Assembly (NCBI RefSeq): GCF_009914755.1
Contig: NC_060928.1
DNA: 64,000 bases
Source: the human T2T-CHM13v2.0 reference genome, Homo sapiens
Strand: one strand, 5' to 3'
In this document: positions 42,371 to 56,180 of the stretch, in pieces
How positions within the stretch are numbered: the first letter of the stretch is position 1
Layout of the letters: every line of letters starts with the position of its first letter
Position numbers and translations under genes: made by a program
Notes under the pieces: generated by a model
Databases searched by the model: none
What the model saw: the letters and a program-made list of their open reading frames with translations, nothing else
Told to the model about the DNA's origin: nothing

Positions 42371-43983
42371 AGGTAAAGTTAAATACTGGTTTCTCACCAC
42401 CATCCTGAGATTTTTTATTTGCCAGCTTGTGTTCACTGAGTATGAATCCTGATGTCTTTATCCAGAAGCTAGTTTTAAAAAGCCTTTCCCTTTTTAGTAG
42501 GCTGTTGAGTGTTTAAATTAACCTTAGAATATCAGGAGCTTAATAGCTTCCTTGAAACTTTTGATAAGCTATTTGTGGAAGAGAGGTCAGAATTAGGGTC
42601 TATGGATAAGTTAAAGGAAGGCCGACTTCGAGTTCTGGAGGAAAAAATATATACTAGTGATTTAAATGGGATGCAGATGAAATGGCTTGCCTGAAGTTGG
42701 CTTCTCATATCTGGAACATTTTAAACAGAGACCTCTTTTTAGGTCTATTATACATGGGAGAATAGGTAAAATGCTAAATAACAAGGTTAGAATAGTCTTT
42801 ATTGATAGCCCCTTCTTACTGTCACCTTCTGGGTCTTTACTGAGTTGACAATCTGATTCTGCAACCCAGGTTCTCTTGATTTGCTTATTTGTGCATCCAA
42901 TAAATATTTGTGAATCACCTACCATATGGCTAACATTTTACCAAGCCCTGGGTATTTGACATTGAACACAAAGAAATGACGTTCTTTCCAAGTCCACTGA
43001 GCAAGGTTTCCTTCTGTGGAACAGGTCAGAAATGGTTCATTAAATCCTTTGTCAGTCAGTTCAAGGGCCACTATTACTCTCTTTAGAGAGGAATCACCCA
43101 GAAGGAATGAAATCCTGATGAGGATTTACTGACAATAAAGGCTATCAAGACACTTTAAAGACATACTTTTTTTTTTTTTTCAGGGAGCAGGTGGAATGTG
43201 GTTGTTTGGCAGTATCTTCCTTCCCCTGACCTATGTCATCATTCTCCCCAAGATAGACATAAGAAACCAAAAACTGCTGTGCTGAAGACAAAGATGTGTG
43301 TAATTTAAAGAGAAGTGGGCCATTTAAAATTACTATCTTCCTTATGCCTATCAAGTATCATGTAATTTAGGAAAAATCATTTCTTTTAGTTCTGTTTTGG
43401 GGCTAATAATTCTCCTTTGCAAATAACCGCAGATGTTCTCAAATGAAGCTGTTGTGTGCATTCCACATGAATTTACGAATTTAAAGAGTTTTGCTCAGAT
43501 ATTCATTCTGTTGTATTTAGGGTCAAAAAGAAGTCAACCTGTCTCAGGAAGGAAGCCAACATTTTATCTAATGCATACCATGTAAACTTTATATTTATTA
43601 TTTCATTCATTACCTATAAATCCTTGGAGGCTCAGAGAGTTTAAATAATTTACTCATTTACTTTAACTGAATTATTAAATGTGGGAACCAGGTAACCAAA
43701 CTCAGTTGGAAACCCCGGAGTTCTTTCGTCACAATTGGACTTCTGACTCTTTTTACAAGGTCCTCCTTGGCCATCTGAGATTGATTCATTTATTTTGTCT
43801 AAAGATATTTCTTGGCACATACACTGTGTTCCTAGCATAATGGCAGATGATGGGAACACATTCCTGAAAAAAAATAGACACGGTTCTTGTAGATGTGAGA
43901 CTTAGAGCTTGGTGAGAAAGTCAAACAGTAATCAAGTAAATACACATTTAATAAAACTAAGTAATAATGGATCAAAAGATAAA

Positions 43984-44264
<281 letters not shown>

Positions 44265-44464
44265 AGCTATAGGAAAAATCAACAGATGCCATGACAGAAA
44301 TCAATGAGGGTAGAGAGAAGGTTTCATTTAAACAAGTTAATTCATGAAAGCCCCTTTGCAGCAATGGTATTTGAAGATAAGCAAATGTCAGTTGGCGAAG
44401 GTTGAGGAGTGGAGTATTATAAAAATGTTTGAAGGTACAAGTGTGTTTCCATTTAATTCTGTAA

Positions 44465-44775
44465 TCCATTTTGAGTTAAATTTTGTGTAAGATGTAAGGT
44501 TTAGGTTGGAGTTCATTGTTTTGGCCTATGCATGTCCAGTTTCTTCAGTGTCGTTTGTTGAAAAGGCTGTTTCCTCCCCTGAATTGCTTTTGTAACATTA
44601 TAAAGTCAACTGCACTGATTTCTGGATTCTGGATTCTGTTGCATTGATCTATGTATCTGTTCCTCCATCAATATCACACAACCTGGATTAGTGTGGCTAA
44701 CTAATGTCTTGATACTGAGCAGACTAATTTTTCCTACTTTATTCTTTTTCAAAATTATTTTAGATATTCTAGTTG
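44465..44775 (-). mobile_element. Old L1M ORF2 fragment
   Basis: tccattttgagttaaattttgtgtaagatgtaagg...tttgttgaaaagg...attctttttcaaaattatt. Confidence 0.75.
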
Positions 44776-44794
44776 TAGTTCTGGTAATGACAGA

Positions 44795-46198
44795 AGCTTA
44801 TAAAACCATCAAATCTCATCAGACTCAGTCATTATCATGAGAACAGCATTGGGGAAACCACCCCCATGATCCAATTACCTCTACCTTGTCCTGCCCTTGA
44901 CTCATGGGGATTATGGGGATTACATCAAGGTGAGATTTGGGTGGGGACACAGCCAAACCATATAATTCTGCCCCTCTCAAATCTCTTGTCTTCACATTTC
45001 AAAACACAATCATGCCCTTCCAACAGTCCCCCAAAGTCTTAACTTGTTCTAGCATTAACCCAAAAGTCCAAGTCCAAAGTCTTATCTGAGACAAGGCAAG
45101 TCCCTTCCGCCTGTGAGCCTGCAAAGTCAAAAACAAGTTAGTTACTTCCTAGATACAATGGGAGTACAGGCATTGGGTAAATATACCCATTCCAAATGGG
45201 AGAAATTGGCCAAAACAAAGGGGTTACAGGCCCCATGCAAGTCTGAAATCCAAAAGCATAGTCATTATACCTTAAAGTTCCAAAATGATCTCCTTTGATT
45301 CCGTGTCTCACATCGAGGTCATACTGATGGAAGAGGCAGGCTCCCACAGCTTTTGGCAGCTCCACCCCTGTGGCTTTGCAGGGTACAGCCCCCATCCAAG
45401 CTGCTTTCATGGGCTGTGGCTTTTCCAGCTGCATGATGCAAGCTGTTGGTGGATCTACCATTCTGGGGTCTGGAGGATGGTGGCCCTCTTCTCACAGCTC
45501 CACTAGGCAGTGCCCCAGTGGGGACTCTGTGTGGGGGCTCCAACCCCACATTTCCCTTCTGAACTGCCCTAACAGATGTTCTCCATGAGGGCTCCACCCC
45601 TGCAAAAAAATCCTGAACATCCAGGTGTTTCCGTACATCCTCTGAAATCTAGGCAGAGGTTCCCAAACCTCAATTCTTGACTCCTGTGCACCCATGGGCT
45701 TAACACCATATGGAAGCCACCTAGGCTTGGGGCTTGCACCCTCTGAAACAATGACCCGAGCTGTACCTTGGCCCCTTTGGCCACTTTTAGCCACAGTGGG
45801 AGCTGAAGCAGCTGGGTCAAAGGGCATCATGTCCCCAGGCTTCACAGAGCAAGATGCCCTTGGCCCAGCCCACAAAACCATTTTTCCCTCCTAGGCCTCC
45901 AAGCCTGTGATGGGAGGGGCTGCTGTGAAGGTCTCTGACATACCCTGGGCACATTTTCCCCATTGTCTTGGTGATTAATATTTGGCTCCCAGTTGCTTAT
46001 GCAAATTTCTGCAGCAGGCTTGAATTTTTTCCTAGAAAATGGGCTTTTATATTCTATCACATCATCAGGCTGCCAATTTTCCAAACTTTTACGCTCTGCT
46101 TCCTTTTGAATGCTTTGCCACTTAGATATTTTTTCTGCCAGATACCCTAAATCATTTTTCTCAAGTTCAAAGTTCCACAGATCTCTATGGCAGGGGCA
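44795..46198 (-). mobile_element. THE1 MaLR internal region plus partial 3' LTR, truncated at both ends
   Basis: LTR portion ends ggggacacagccaaaccatata (about 44963). THE1-int motifs follow (caaaagtccaagtccaaagtc, ccactaggcagtgccccagtggggactctgtgtggggg, aaagttccacagatctcta). Confidence 0.9.
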
Positions 46199-46199
46199 G

Positions 46200-46690
46200 A
46201 TATCAGTTCTCCCCAAAGTGATCTATAAATGTAATGCAATCCCAACAGGATTTATTTTTTGTAGAAATCAACAAGCTGATTCTAAGATTCATGTGTAAAT
46301 GCAACAAATCTAGAATAGCCACAACAGCTTTGAAAAGGGAAAACGAGATTGGAAGTTTAACAGCACCCAATTTTAAGACTTATTATGAAGTTACTATAAA
46401 AAATTATTGGCATCAAAATAGATGATCAGATAATTGAATAGAGGACAGAATCTAAAATTTACCCATAGACATATATAGACCACAATTTTTTGACATATTT
46501 TCAAAGGCAGTTCAGTGCTGGAAGAATAGTCATTTCAACAAATGGTGCTGGAAAAATTGGATATTCATATGCAAACAAACAAAACCCAAAACTTTGATTC
46601 ACACATCACAACATATCCTAAAATTAACTCAAAATGCATCAAATACCTAAATGTGAAAACTAGAACTACAAAGTTTCTAGAAGAAAACTG
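46200..46690 (+). mobile_element. Old L1M ORF2 fragment
   Basis: Translates to ...LPKVIYKCNAIP... Motifs caacaaatggtgctggaaaaattggata and aaattaactcaaaatg. Confidence 0.8.
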
Positions 46691-49600
46691 ATAATTTCCC
46701 TATAGTACTTATCACTATCAAAAATTACCTTATGATTTGTATACTAAGCTTTATTTTAGATTTTTACTTCTTACTGACTGACTCCTCCCTAGTATAATGT
46801 ATGCTCCGGGTACACAGATACAACAAAACATATCAAATAGAAAATATTTAATAAATATTTTTGACTAATGAATAGAACAAGGACCAAAAGGAGCTGTTTC
46901 CTCAGAAGCAGTGGAGTGGTCAGATGTAGCAAACTGAAAAACTACTGATGGGTGCTAAAAAAATAAAAATAAAAATAAGTCATTTTAGGCAACATATGCA
47001 TTTAAAATTACTTGATTAAAACTTAATGGCTTAAAAAAATAACTTTACTTTTACACCATATCTTCAATCTCTATACCTTTACTTAAATATACAGGGCAAC
47101 TAAGGTATAGGGGTAAAGAATGAGTTATTCAAGGTCACAGAAATATGCCATTCATTTATTTATTTAACAAGCATTTAATACAAACACTATTTACAAAGGA
47201 CTGAAATGTATATAGGCAAAGATAAGCAAAATATAGTGTTGTTCTGTCTAAATTCTAATTTATAATTTTATTGGAGGAGGTGAATGCATACAAAATCGGG
47301 GTGGGGGGACAATGAATGAAGTGGGAGGAGTGGAGGAATTCCGTGTGTGGGTTAAATATGGCAATAACCCAACTTTTGGAATGAGAAAAGCAGGCCATTG
47401 TATATTTAATTCCAATCACAATGGTGTCACTGTGGCAGTCACCCCAGGTTGAGGTCAGCTAAGCCTACAGTCTGCTCTTATAACTGTTCTTAGTAGTCCA
47501 GTTGGCTGTAAAAGCAAAATACTATGGGGCAATTAATTTCAAGACTAGCACTCAATCCCAGGTTTCTGACAATCCTACACCTTTAAAAGTATGCGTTCTT
47601 GTTGCAATGAACAATACCCAAGTCATTAGTTAGCAGGCAACTCTAATTTTGATAAGAACATGAGAAACCCTTGAAAATATCCTCGAGCATTTCAAACAAA
47701 ATCTTCAAAATGTTGATCAGTTAAAGTCATGGGAAAATACCTTTGTGCGTAGCAAAATAATAGAGAGAAACTTCCTCTGGAGGAATATTAATAACCAGGT
47801 TCTAACTATATTGATGATATATTTATAGATTCATCTCTGCTAAGGAGTTGCTGAGCTAAACTATTTTATTGTTCAGATTACAAGCTGTTTCATTCTAGAT
47901 TGGAACAAAAAAAGTTTTAAGCACCATTGCAAAAGAGAGTCAAGATATAGTTTTAGAGAGTTTGTTCAACAGGAGATTAATTCGGTCGACCAAACCCATT
48001 TTCTCAACCTTCAAATATTTTGCTGTCTGTTTATTCATTTGTATAGCTATACTTGGTTATGAGTACTAAAACAGTTCAATTTTTAATTGTTGTAAGAGCC
48101 AGTTTTTCTGAGTCCAAATCCCATGCTCTGCCTACTTTGTTACATTGTCTCATCCCATTAGTGAGTAGGAGTTCTGCCCACTTTTCACATTCCATCTTTT
48201 TGGAGCTACAGAAGGCAAAAAGAATTTTGTCAGAGTACAACTCCTCCCCAGATCAGCTTATTTGTGGTGTTACGTGTTGTGGCCAAAAGGCTGCTTTCCT
48301 ACAACAATCAATGAGAAGGTGTTAAAAAGTCAACCTTATGAATAATCGCATTTTGTGTGTGTGCCAGTGGGGCTTGTGGCATTTCTGTGCAGTGTCTGTT
48401 AGTGACCTTACTTCCATTTCCTGAAAATTTATCTTGTCTACAGTATTTTAATCTTTTTAGCGTGAATAGAAAAAAAATCTTTATAGCAAAACATACTTTT
48501 ACACTAGGGACTGATTTGATTTCATGTTTCTGTGAAGGTTTTTTTTTTTTTTAACCTCTATTGAAGGGAGACTTTGTGAGCTTCCTCTTCCTAGTTGGCA
48601 TTTTCAGGCTATTTTACAATCCATGGTTAGCATGTAGAGTGGGTGATCTAGAGAATATATTTTTAAAAATATTTTTTGAAGTTAATGCTTCTATAAGTTT
48701 ATAAGATTTATAACAGAAAACATTTACAGAGACTTAATTAAGAGGTAACACTGAAAGCTTTAAGGCAAATGAAAACAAGATATGTGTACTGATTTCCACA
48801 CAATGAGTGATTTGAAATCTGCCTGGTTAACATCTGTGGAATTTGGGTCCCAGCTCTAACATTTACCAGTCATGTGACCTTGAGCAAATCTCTTCTCCCC
48901 TCTGAGCCTAGAGAAGAAATTAGATAGAAGTACTTGCCTTACCAAACTCAGAAGGTAGCTAAGAGATTCAGATGAGATAATAAATGTGAAAATGCTAAGT
49001 TAACTATGCATTGCTTTGAAAATACCAAAGGGTAAGATTAATACAAAATTTAAATATAAATATATCAGATGTATCAAGATGGGATCTAAATAGAATAATT
49101 AAGCATACTAATAATAATGATAACTCCATCAGCATAATAATATTGGGGCTGGATGTTATGGAAGTGATGATAAAATTTCTCCGTTTTCTCTTGCTATTGT
49201 TTCTTGTCAAATGAATACTTTAAAAAGTGATATTTTCTTTTGTATATAGATAGCTTTGTTCACCTCCAGACCCAAAACTTTGTTCCTAAAGATGTGGCAG
49301 GGTGAGGACAAGCACAATTCTGAAACTCAAGCAGAGGTAGAAAGAGCCAGGAGCAGGTGACAGGAGACAGGATAATGGACCTGGGCTCCAGTGTTTTCAT
49401 TAGAACCAAACAAACATAAATGGTGTATTCCAAATGATTTTAAACATTAACAGAACAGACAGGTGTTTCAATTAAATAAGCAACAGAACAGGTAAGTTAA
49501 TTATTAGCTTGGGAAAGACTTTTAATATTTTGAGCCATACCAACCTCCAACAGGTGATTTATAAGCAACTTGACTGCCCCTGAAAAAATTACAAGAATAA

Positions 49601-50160
49601 TTTTTATAAAATGACCATTATGGTTTTCAAAGAAGTTTCACATGTTTATTTACTTACTTTTCACAAAAACCCTGTAAGGTGGGCAAGAGGAATAGCAACT
49701 GGACATAGACTTGCCTGACATTAGATAGAAGATAGATATCCTATGGTCTTTCTCTGGAAGGAACACATACAGGATTCTTGATACAAGAAAGACATAAGGA
49801 CAGCATGTAGCTGAACATATTTTCTTGCTCTGCCTTTATTTTCAAAGAAATGGAAGTTCTAAGTTATAAAAATAACAACAGGAACAATAATGAGATTCCA
49901 CAAATACCATAAATTAACAACTCAGGGAGAAAGATTTATTACCAAATCTGTTGGCATAGTCTCAATTATAAATAGATTTGCTAAAGTTTCAGTAGCAGAT
50001 ATTTGCTTCCTACAAGCAAATCCCCCAACTATCTTTCCTACTTATTCTGGATCCAGCTTAATCCAATGATTTAAAAATACTTATTGAGCATGTACTCTAT
50101 GTGAGGGATTATGCTAACTTTTATGAATTCTCCATCAGTTCTATCCAATAGAACTTTGCT

Positions 50161-52489
50161 TTTTTAACTTTTATTTTAGGTTTGGGGTTACATATCAAGG
50201 TTTGTTATATAGGTAAACAGGTGTCACAGGGGTTTGTTGTACATTTTATTTCATCACACAGGTATCAAGCCCAGTATCCAATAGTTACCTTTTCTGCTTC
50301 TCCCTCTCCTCCCACCCTCCCCCATCAAGTTGACCCCAGTGTCTATTATTTCCTTCTTTGTGTTGATAAGTTCTTATCATTTAGCTCCCACTTATAAGTG
50401 AGAACATGCAGTATTTGATTTTCTGTTCTGGCATTAATTTGCTAAGGATAATAGCCTTCAGCTCCATTCATGTTCCTGCAACAGATATGATCTCATTATT
50501 TTTATGGCTGCATAGTATTCCATGGTGGATTTGTACCACATTTTCTTTATCCAGTTGGTCATTGATGGGCATTTAGGTTGATTCCATGTCTTAGCTATTG
50601 TGAGTAGTGCTGCAATGTATTAGTCTGTTCTCATGCTGCTAAAAAAGACATACCCAAGACTGGGTAATTTATAAAGAAAAAGAAGTTTAATTAACTCACA
50701 TTTCCACATGGCTGGGGAGGCCACATAATCATGGCAGAAGGCAAAGGAGGGGCAAAATCATGTCTTACATGGCGACAGGTAAGAGAGAGTGTGCAGGAGA
50801 ACTCCCTGTTATAAAACCATCAGTTTTCGTGAGACCTATTGACTATCACGAGAACAGCACAGGAAAAACCCGCCCCAATAATACAATTACTTTTCACCAG
50901 GTGCCTCCCATGACATGTGGAGATTGTGGGAGCTGGAATTCAAGATGAGATTTTGGTGGGGACACAGCCAAACCATATCATGCAATGAACATATGTGTGT
51001 ATGTATCTTTATGATAGAATTTTATATATTCCTCTGGGTATATTCCCAGTAATGGAATTGCTGGGTCAAGTGGTTGTTCTGCTTTTAGCTCTTTGAAGAA
51101 TCACCGTACTGCTTTCCACAATAGTTGATCAAATTTACACTCCCATCAACAGTGTATAAGCATTCCCTTTTCTCTGCAACCTCTCTAGTGTCTGTTATTT
51201 TTTGACGTTTTAATAAAAGCCATTCTGACTGGTATGAGATGATATCTCACTGTGGTTTTGATTTGCATTTCTTTAATTATTAGTGATATTGAGCTTTTTT
51301 TTTCATTTGCTGTTGGCTGCATGTATGTCTTCTTTTGAGAAGTATCCATTCATGTCCTTTGCCCACTTTTAAATGGGGTTGTTGTTCTGTTGTAAATTTG
51401 CTTAAGTTCCTTGTAGACTCTGGATATCAGACCTTTGTTGGATGCATATTTTGCAAAAATTTTCTCCCATTTTATAGGTTGTCTGCTCACTCTGTTGATA
51501 GTTATTTTTTTTAGGTCCCACTTGTCAATTTTTGCTTTTGTTGTGTTTGCTTTTGGTGTCTTTGTCATGAAATCTTTGCCCATTCCTATGTCCAGTATGG
51601 TATTGCTTAGGTTGTCTTCTAGGGTTTTTATAGTTGTGGATTTACATTTAAGTCTTTAATTCATCTTGAGTTGATTTTTATGTATGGTGTAAGGAAGAGG
51701 TCGAGCTTCAATCTTCTGCATATGGCTAGCCAGTTATCCCAGCACCATTTGTTCAATAGGGAGTCTTTTCCTCATTGCTTGTTTTTGTCAGCTTTTTCAA
51801 AGATCAGATGGTCATAGGTATGCAGTCTTATTTCTGGGATCCTTCTCCTGTTTCATTGGTCTATGTGCCTGTTTTTGTACCAGTACCATGCTGTTTTGGT
51901 TACTGTAGCCTTGTAGTGTAGTTTGAAGTCAGGTATTGTGATGTCTCAGCTTTGTTCTTTTTGCTTAGGGTTGCCTTGGTTATTGGGCCCTTTTGTGATT
52001 CCATATAAATTATAAAATAGATTTTTCTAGTTTTGGGAAGAATGTCCTTGATAGTTTGATAGGAATAGCATTGAAACTGTAAATTGCTTTGGGCAGTATG
52101 GTCATTTTAATGATATTGATTCTAAAAATGAGCATGGGATGTTTTTCCATTTGTTTGTGTCTTCCCTGATTTCTTTAAGCAGTGTAATTCTCATTGTAGA
52201 GCTCTTTCATCCCCCCGGTTAGTTGTATACCTAGGGATTTTATTTTTTTTGTGGTAATTGTGAGTGGGATTGCTTTTCTGATTTAGCTCTCAGTTTGGTT
52301 GTTGTTTGTGTATAGGAATGCTAGTGATTTTTTACATTTATTTTGTATCCTGAAACTTTGCTGAAGTTGTTTATCAGCTGGAGGAGCTTGTGGACCAAGA
52401 CCATGGGTTTTTCTAGATATAGAATTATGTCATCTGCAAACAGAGATAGTTTGACTTCCTCTTTTCCTATTTGGATGCCCTTTATTTCT
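50161..52489 (-). mobile_element. Old primate L1 (L1PA13-16/L1PB-like), non-inverted 3' segment
   Basis: PolyT-like tail at 50161 and reverse-strand 3'UTR and ORF2 ([12 protein letters not shown]...; FADD motif near 52430), ending at the KEIKGIQ codons. Confidence 0.9.
50616..50980 (-). mobile_element. THE1-family solo LTR nested in L1
   Basis: tgtattagtctgttctc...cagccaaaccatatca. 5-bp TSD tgcaa (50611-50615 / 50981-50985). Confidence 0.93.
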
Positions 52490-55012
52490 TGACCCAAGAG
52501 AGGAGACTAGTTCATCTCCCATAGATGCTATACATGTCGCACCCCCCTTCACATGCACACACACAAACTACTCATCACTAGACAGAAAACCCTCGGCTTG
52601 AGTCCACAGCACACACCCTCCATCCTGGGCTGATTGCACTGAGCAATTGCTTACCTGCATCTCTCTGAGGTAGAGTCCCCAGGGGACAAGCAAATGACCC
52701 TCAGCAACAACCACTACTAAGATCTCTTCTTCTCCTGCCTCTAAGTTGGGGAAGGAACATAAACACTGAGATCACTCCAGAGATGCAGTGGACAGCCTAA
52801 GAGTGCATCTCACAATTTACAGCCAGCACTTAAGGGGAAGAGGAACCTACACTTTCAGAGCATCGAGAGGGAAAATGACTGTAACTGTGAGGAAACATAG
52901 GGCAACCACACAACCAAGCAAGAGTCTACCAACTGACCAATAACCTAAGTGCCACCTGCTGGATCACACCCCAAAGCGTCAACACCAAAAATAACTCACT
53001 GACATATCCCCCTCTGAAACCAGAGACAAGAAGTCAGCTTCAAATAAAGACCCTACACAAAGCCTCGGCCCAGTGAAAACAAGTCTACTGACTTTATTAC
53101 ATCTATACCACAGTTAAAAGAACACCCACACAGAGAGATGAGAGGGAACCAATGGAATAACTCCAGTAACTCAAATGGTCAGTGTCGTACATCCTCCAAA
53201 TGGCCACATCAGCTCTCCAACAAGAGTTCTTAACCAGACCAAACTGGCTGCAATGGCAGAAATAGAATTCAGAATACAGATAGGAACAAACACCATCGAG
53301 ATTCGAGAAGATGGCAAAACCCAATCCAAGGAAAATAAGAATTACAATAAAGTGATACAGGAGCTAAAGGATGAAATAGTCCATATAAAAAAAGAAACAT
53401 AATGGCTCTGACAGAGCGGAATAATCCAATACAAGAATTTCACAATGCAATCACAAGTATTAACAGCAGAATAAACCAAGCTGAGGAAAGAATCTCAGAA
53501 CCTGAAGACTGGTTCTCTGAAATAAAAGAAACAAAAATAAAGAAAAAGTAAGAATAAGGATTGAACAAAACCTCTGAGAAGTATGGGACTATGTGAAGAG
53601 GACAAATCTACAAGTCATTGGCATCCATTAAAGGGATGGGGAGAAAGCAAACGACTTGGAAAATATATTTCAGGATATCATCCGTGAAAACCTTGCCAAC
53701 CTTGCTAGAGAGGCCAACGGTCAAATTTAGGAAATATAAAGAACTCCTGAAAGATGGTACACAAGAAGATCATCCCCAAACACATAATCATCAGATTTTC
53801 CAAGGTCAAAGTGAAAGAAAGAATGTTAAAGGCAGGTAGAGAAAAAGCTCAGGTCACCTTCAAAGTGAACACCTTCAGGCTAACAGCAGACATCTCAGCT
53901 GAAACCCTAGAAGCCAGAAGAGATTGGGGGCCTCTCAGAGAAATGCAAATCAAAACCACAATGAGATACCATCTAACACCAGTTAGAATGGCGATCATTA
54001 AAAAGTCAGGAAACAACAGGTGCTGGAGAGGATGTGGAGAAATAGGAACACTTTTACACTGTTGGTGGGACTGTAAACTAGTTCAACCATTGTGGAAGTC
54101 AGTGTGGTGATTCCTCAGGGATCTAGAACTAGAAATACCATTTGACCGAGCAATCCCATTACTGGGTATATACCTAAAAGGATTATAAATCATGCTGCTA
54201 TAAAGACACATGCACACGTATGTTTATTGCGGCACTATTCACAATAGCAAAGACTTGGAACCAAGCCAAATGTCCAACAATGATGGACTGGATTAAGAAA
54301 ATATGGCACATATACACCATGGAATACTATGCAGCCATAAAAAATAAAGAGTTCATGTCCTTTGTAGGGACATGGATGAAATTGGAAACCATCATTCTCA
54401 GCAAACTATTGCAAGGACAAAAACCAAACACCTCATGTTCTCACTCATAGGTGGGAATTGAACAATGAGAACACATGTAGGGGAACATCACACACCGGGG
54501 ACTGTTGTGGGGTGGGGGGAGGGGGAGGGGGAGGGATAGCATTAGGAGATATACGTAATGTTAAATGACGAGTTAATGGGTGCAGCACACCAACATGGCA
54601 CATGTATACATATGTAACAAACCTGCACATTGTGCACATGTACCATAAAACTTAAAGTATAATAATAAAAAAAGAGAGATTTGGGGCCTAAATTCAACAT
54701 TCTTAAAGAAAAAAGTCTTCAAGAATTTTTCATCTGACCAAACTAAGCTTCCTAAGTGAAGGAGAAATAAGACCCTTTAGAAGCAAATGTTGAGGGAATT
54801 CATTACCAGAAATGAATTCATTACCAGCCTACCTTACAAGAGATCTTGAAAGGAGCATTAAACATAGAAAGGAATGACCACTACTAGTCAATACAAAAAC
54901 ACACTTAAACACACACTCCAGTGTCACTGTAAAGCAACCACACGAAGAAGCCAAACTAATAACCAGCTAATAGCACAATGACAGGATCAAGTCCACAAAT
55001 ATCATTACTAAC
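52490..55012 (+). mobile_element. Inverted 5' segment of the same old L1 (partial 5'UTR, ORF1, first ~12 codons of ORF2)
   Basis: ORF1 remnants ([20 protein letters not shown]...[18 protein letters not shown]). ORF2 start atgacaggatca at 54978. Confidence 0.88.
53934..54674 (+). mobile_element. 5'-truncated L1PA (PA4-like) 3' end nested in the older L1 ORF1
   Basis: ORF2 C-terminus, G-rich 3'UTR and A tail. 15-bp TSD agagatt(g/t)ggggcct at 53919-53933 and 54675-54689. Confidence 0.95.
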
Positions 55013-55759
55013 CAAGAGAACTTTCTACAGTGATGGAAATATGTGTATCTATAGATTTGTGCTGTCTAACAGTAGCCACTAAACATGAATGGCTATTGAG
55101 CACTTGAAAACTGTGATAGTTTGAATGAGGAAGTGAATTTTACATTTTATTTAATTTTAGATAAAGTAGCCACATGCGACTAGTGATACTATATTTGACA
55201 TTGTGGCTCCAGATTGAACTCGTAAAGGTCGTCCTGATGCTATTTTTGATGGGAAGCCTTGGAGAAGTTATATTTTGACATACGTTTTATATAGAAATGA
55301 GGGAATTAAAAAACACTTTTTCTCCCAACCACTTTGTTAAACACACATCTCCCTATTTTTACTGTGTTACTGCAGTGCCTTTCTAATATTTCTTTAACCT
55401 GCTTTGAATGTCTGCTGATCTGATTTGGCACTGCAATCACAGTTCTCTGTTCTGATGTAATGCTCTGCCCTCTCCTGTTAATTACCTGTGTTCAGATATT
55501 CCTATGGGTGAATTTCTTTCACTTCATAGGACCTCAAAGGAGAAAGATTTCATGGAAGAATATATTGAAATCTGTCTATCTATCTTTTAATACAATTTTA
55601 TTATTTTTTGATATTTTTTCTTTTTCTTCTGGACATGTATTAAAAATTTGATTTTATCAACCTTTTTCTGATTGCTCTTTGAGGATGCTATCTCTTATCA
55701 ACATGTGGACACATGGTGGTTATGGTAATAAGATCCATACCTTATCATGGCCCCCCATG

Positions 55760-56180
55760 GACATGCGTAGTCTGGGGAGTGAATACCTCTCTTACTTCAT
55801 TTCAAACCCCTTTCCCTTCACTCACTGTGCTTCAGCTTTATTGTTTTATCACAATTCCTACAAGACACAAACATCCTACCAGTCTTTGCACTTGCCTTGC
55901 CTTATACTCAAGTTTAATTATCATCTCATTAGAAGGGCCATTTTTGCTCACTTTACCTAAATTGGCTGCTATCTTCCTCCTATTTTATTTTTTGTCACAA
56001 GCTGCATTTATTTTTATTTGTTTATTTATTATTGCTTAATGCTCTCTCTAGAATGAAAGCTCAGTGAGGGCAGGAATGTTGCCTTTCTCTGAATTTCCAA
56101 GTGTATACCCATTGTCTCATACAGAGATTGAAAAAATGGTAGTTGCTCAGTAAATTTTTGTTAAACCAATGAATAAATCA
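55760..56180 (+). mobile_element. L2 3' remnant
   Basis: ctagaatgaaagctcagtgagggcagg...tagttgctcagtaaatttttgttaaaccaatgaataaat. Confidence 0.75.

Larger units (their letters stand above)
50136..55207. mobile_element. MER3 (hAT-Charlie) split into 50136-50160 and 55012-55207 by an L1 insertion
   Basis: cagttctatccaatagaacttt at the left. ccaagagaactttctacagtgatggaaat...gtagccact...ggctattgagcacttgaaa...atttgaca at the right. Confidence 0.8.

Noticed and set aside
42509-42730. Protein-looking 61-aa ORF (EYQELNSFLETFDKLFVEE...)
   Set aside because: Short, with a non-ATG start. Adjacent sequence resembles a decayed L3/CR1 3' end and no homolog is recognised.
45113-46216. Dense cluster of overlapping ORFs on both strands
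   Set aside because: All lie in the GC-richer THE1 internal sequence and are fragmented. This is typical MaLR-derived noise.
47394-47423. Inverted SOX-like pair ccattgt...acaatgg
   Set aside because: Seven-bp arms with a 16-nt spacer are expected by chance in 64 kb, and the spacing is longer than typical SOXE dimer sites.
54507-54536. G-quadruplex-forming G tract
   Set aside because: A standard feature of the L1PA 3'UTR.
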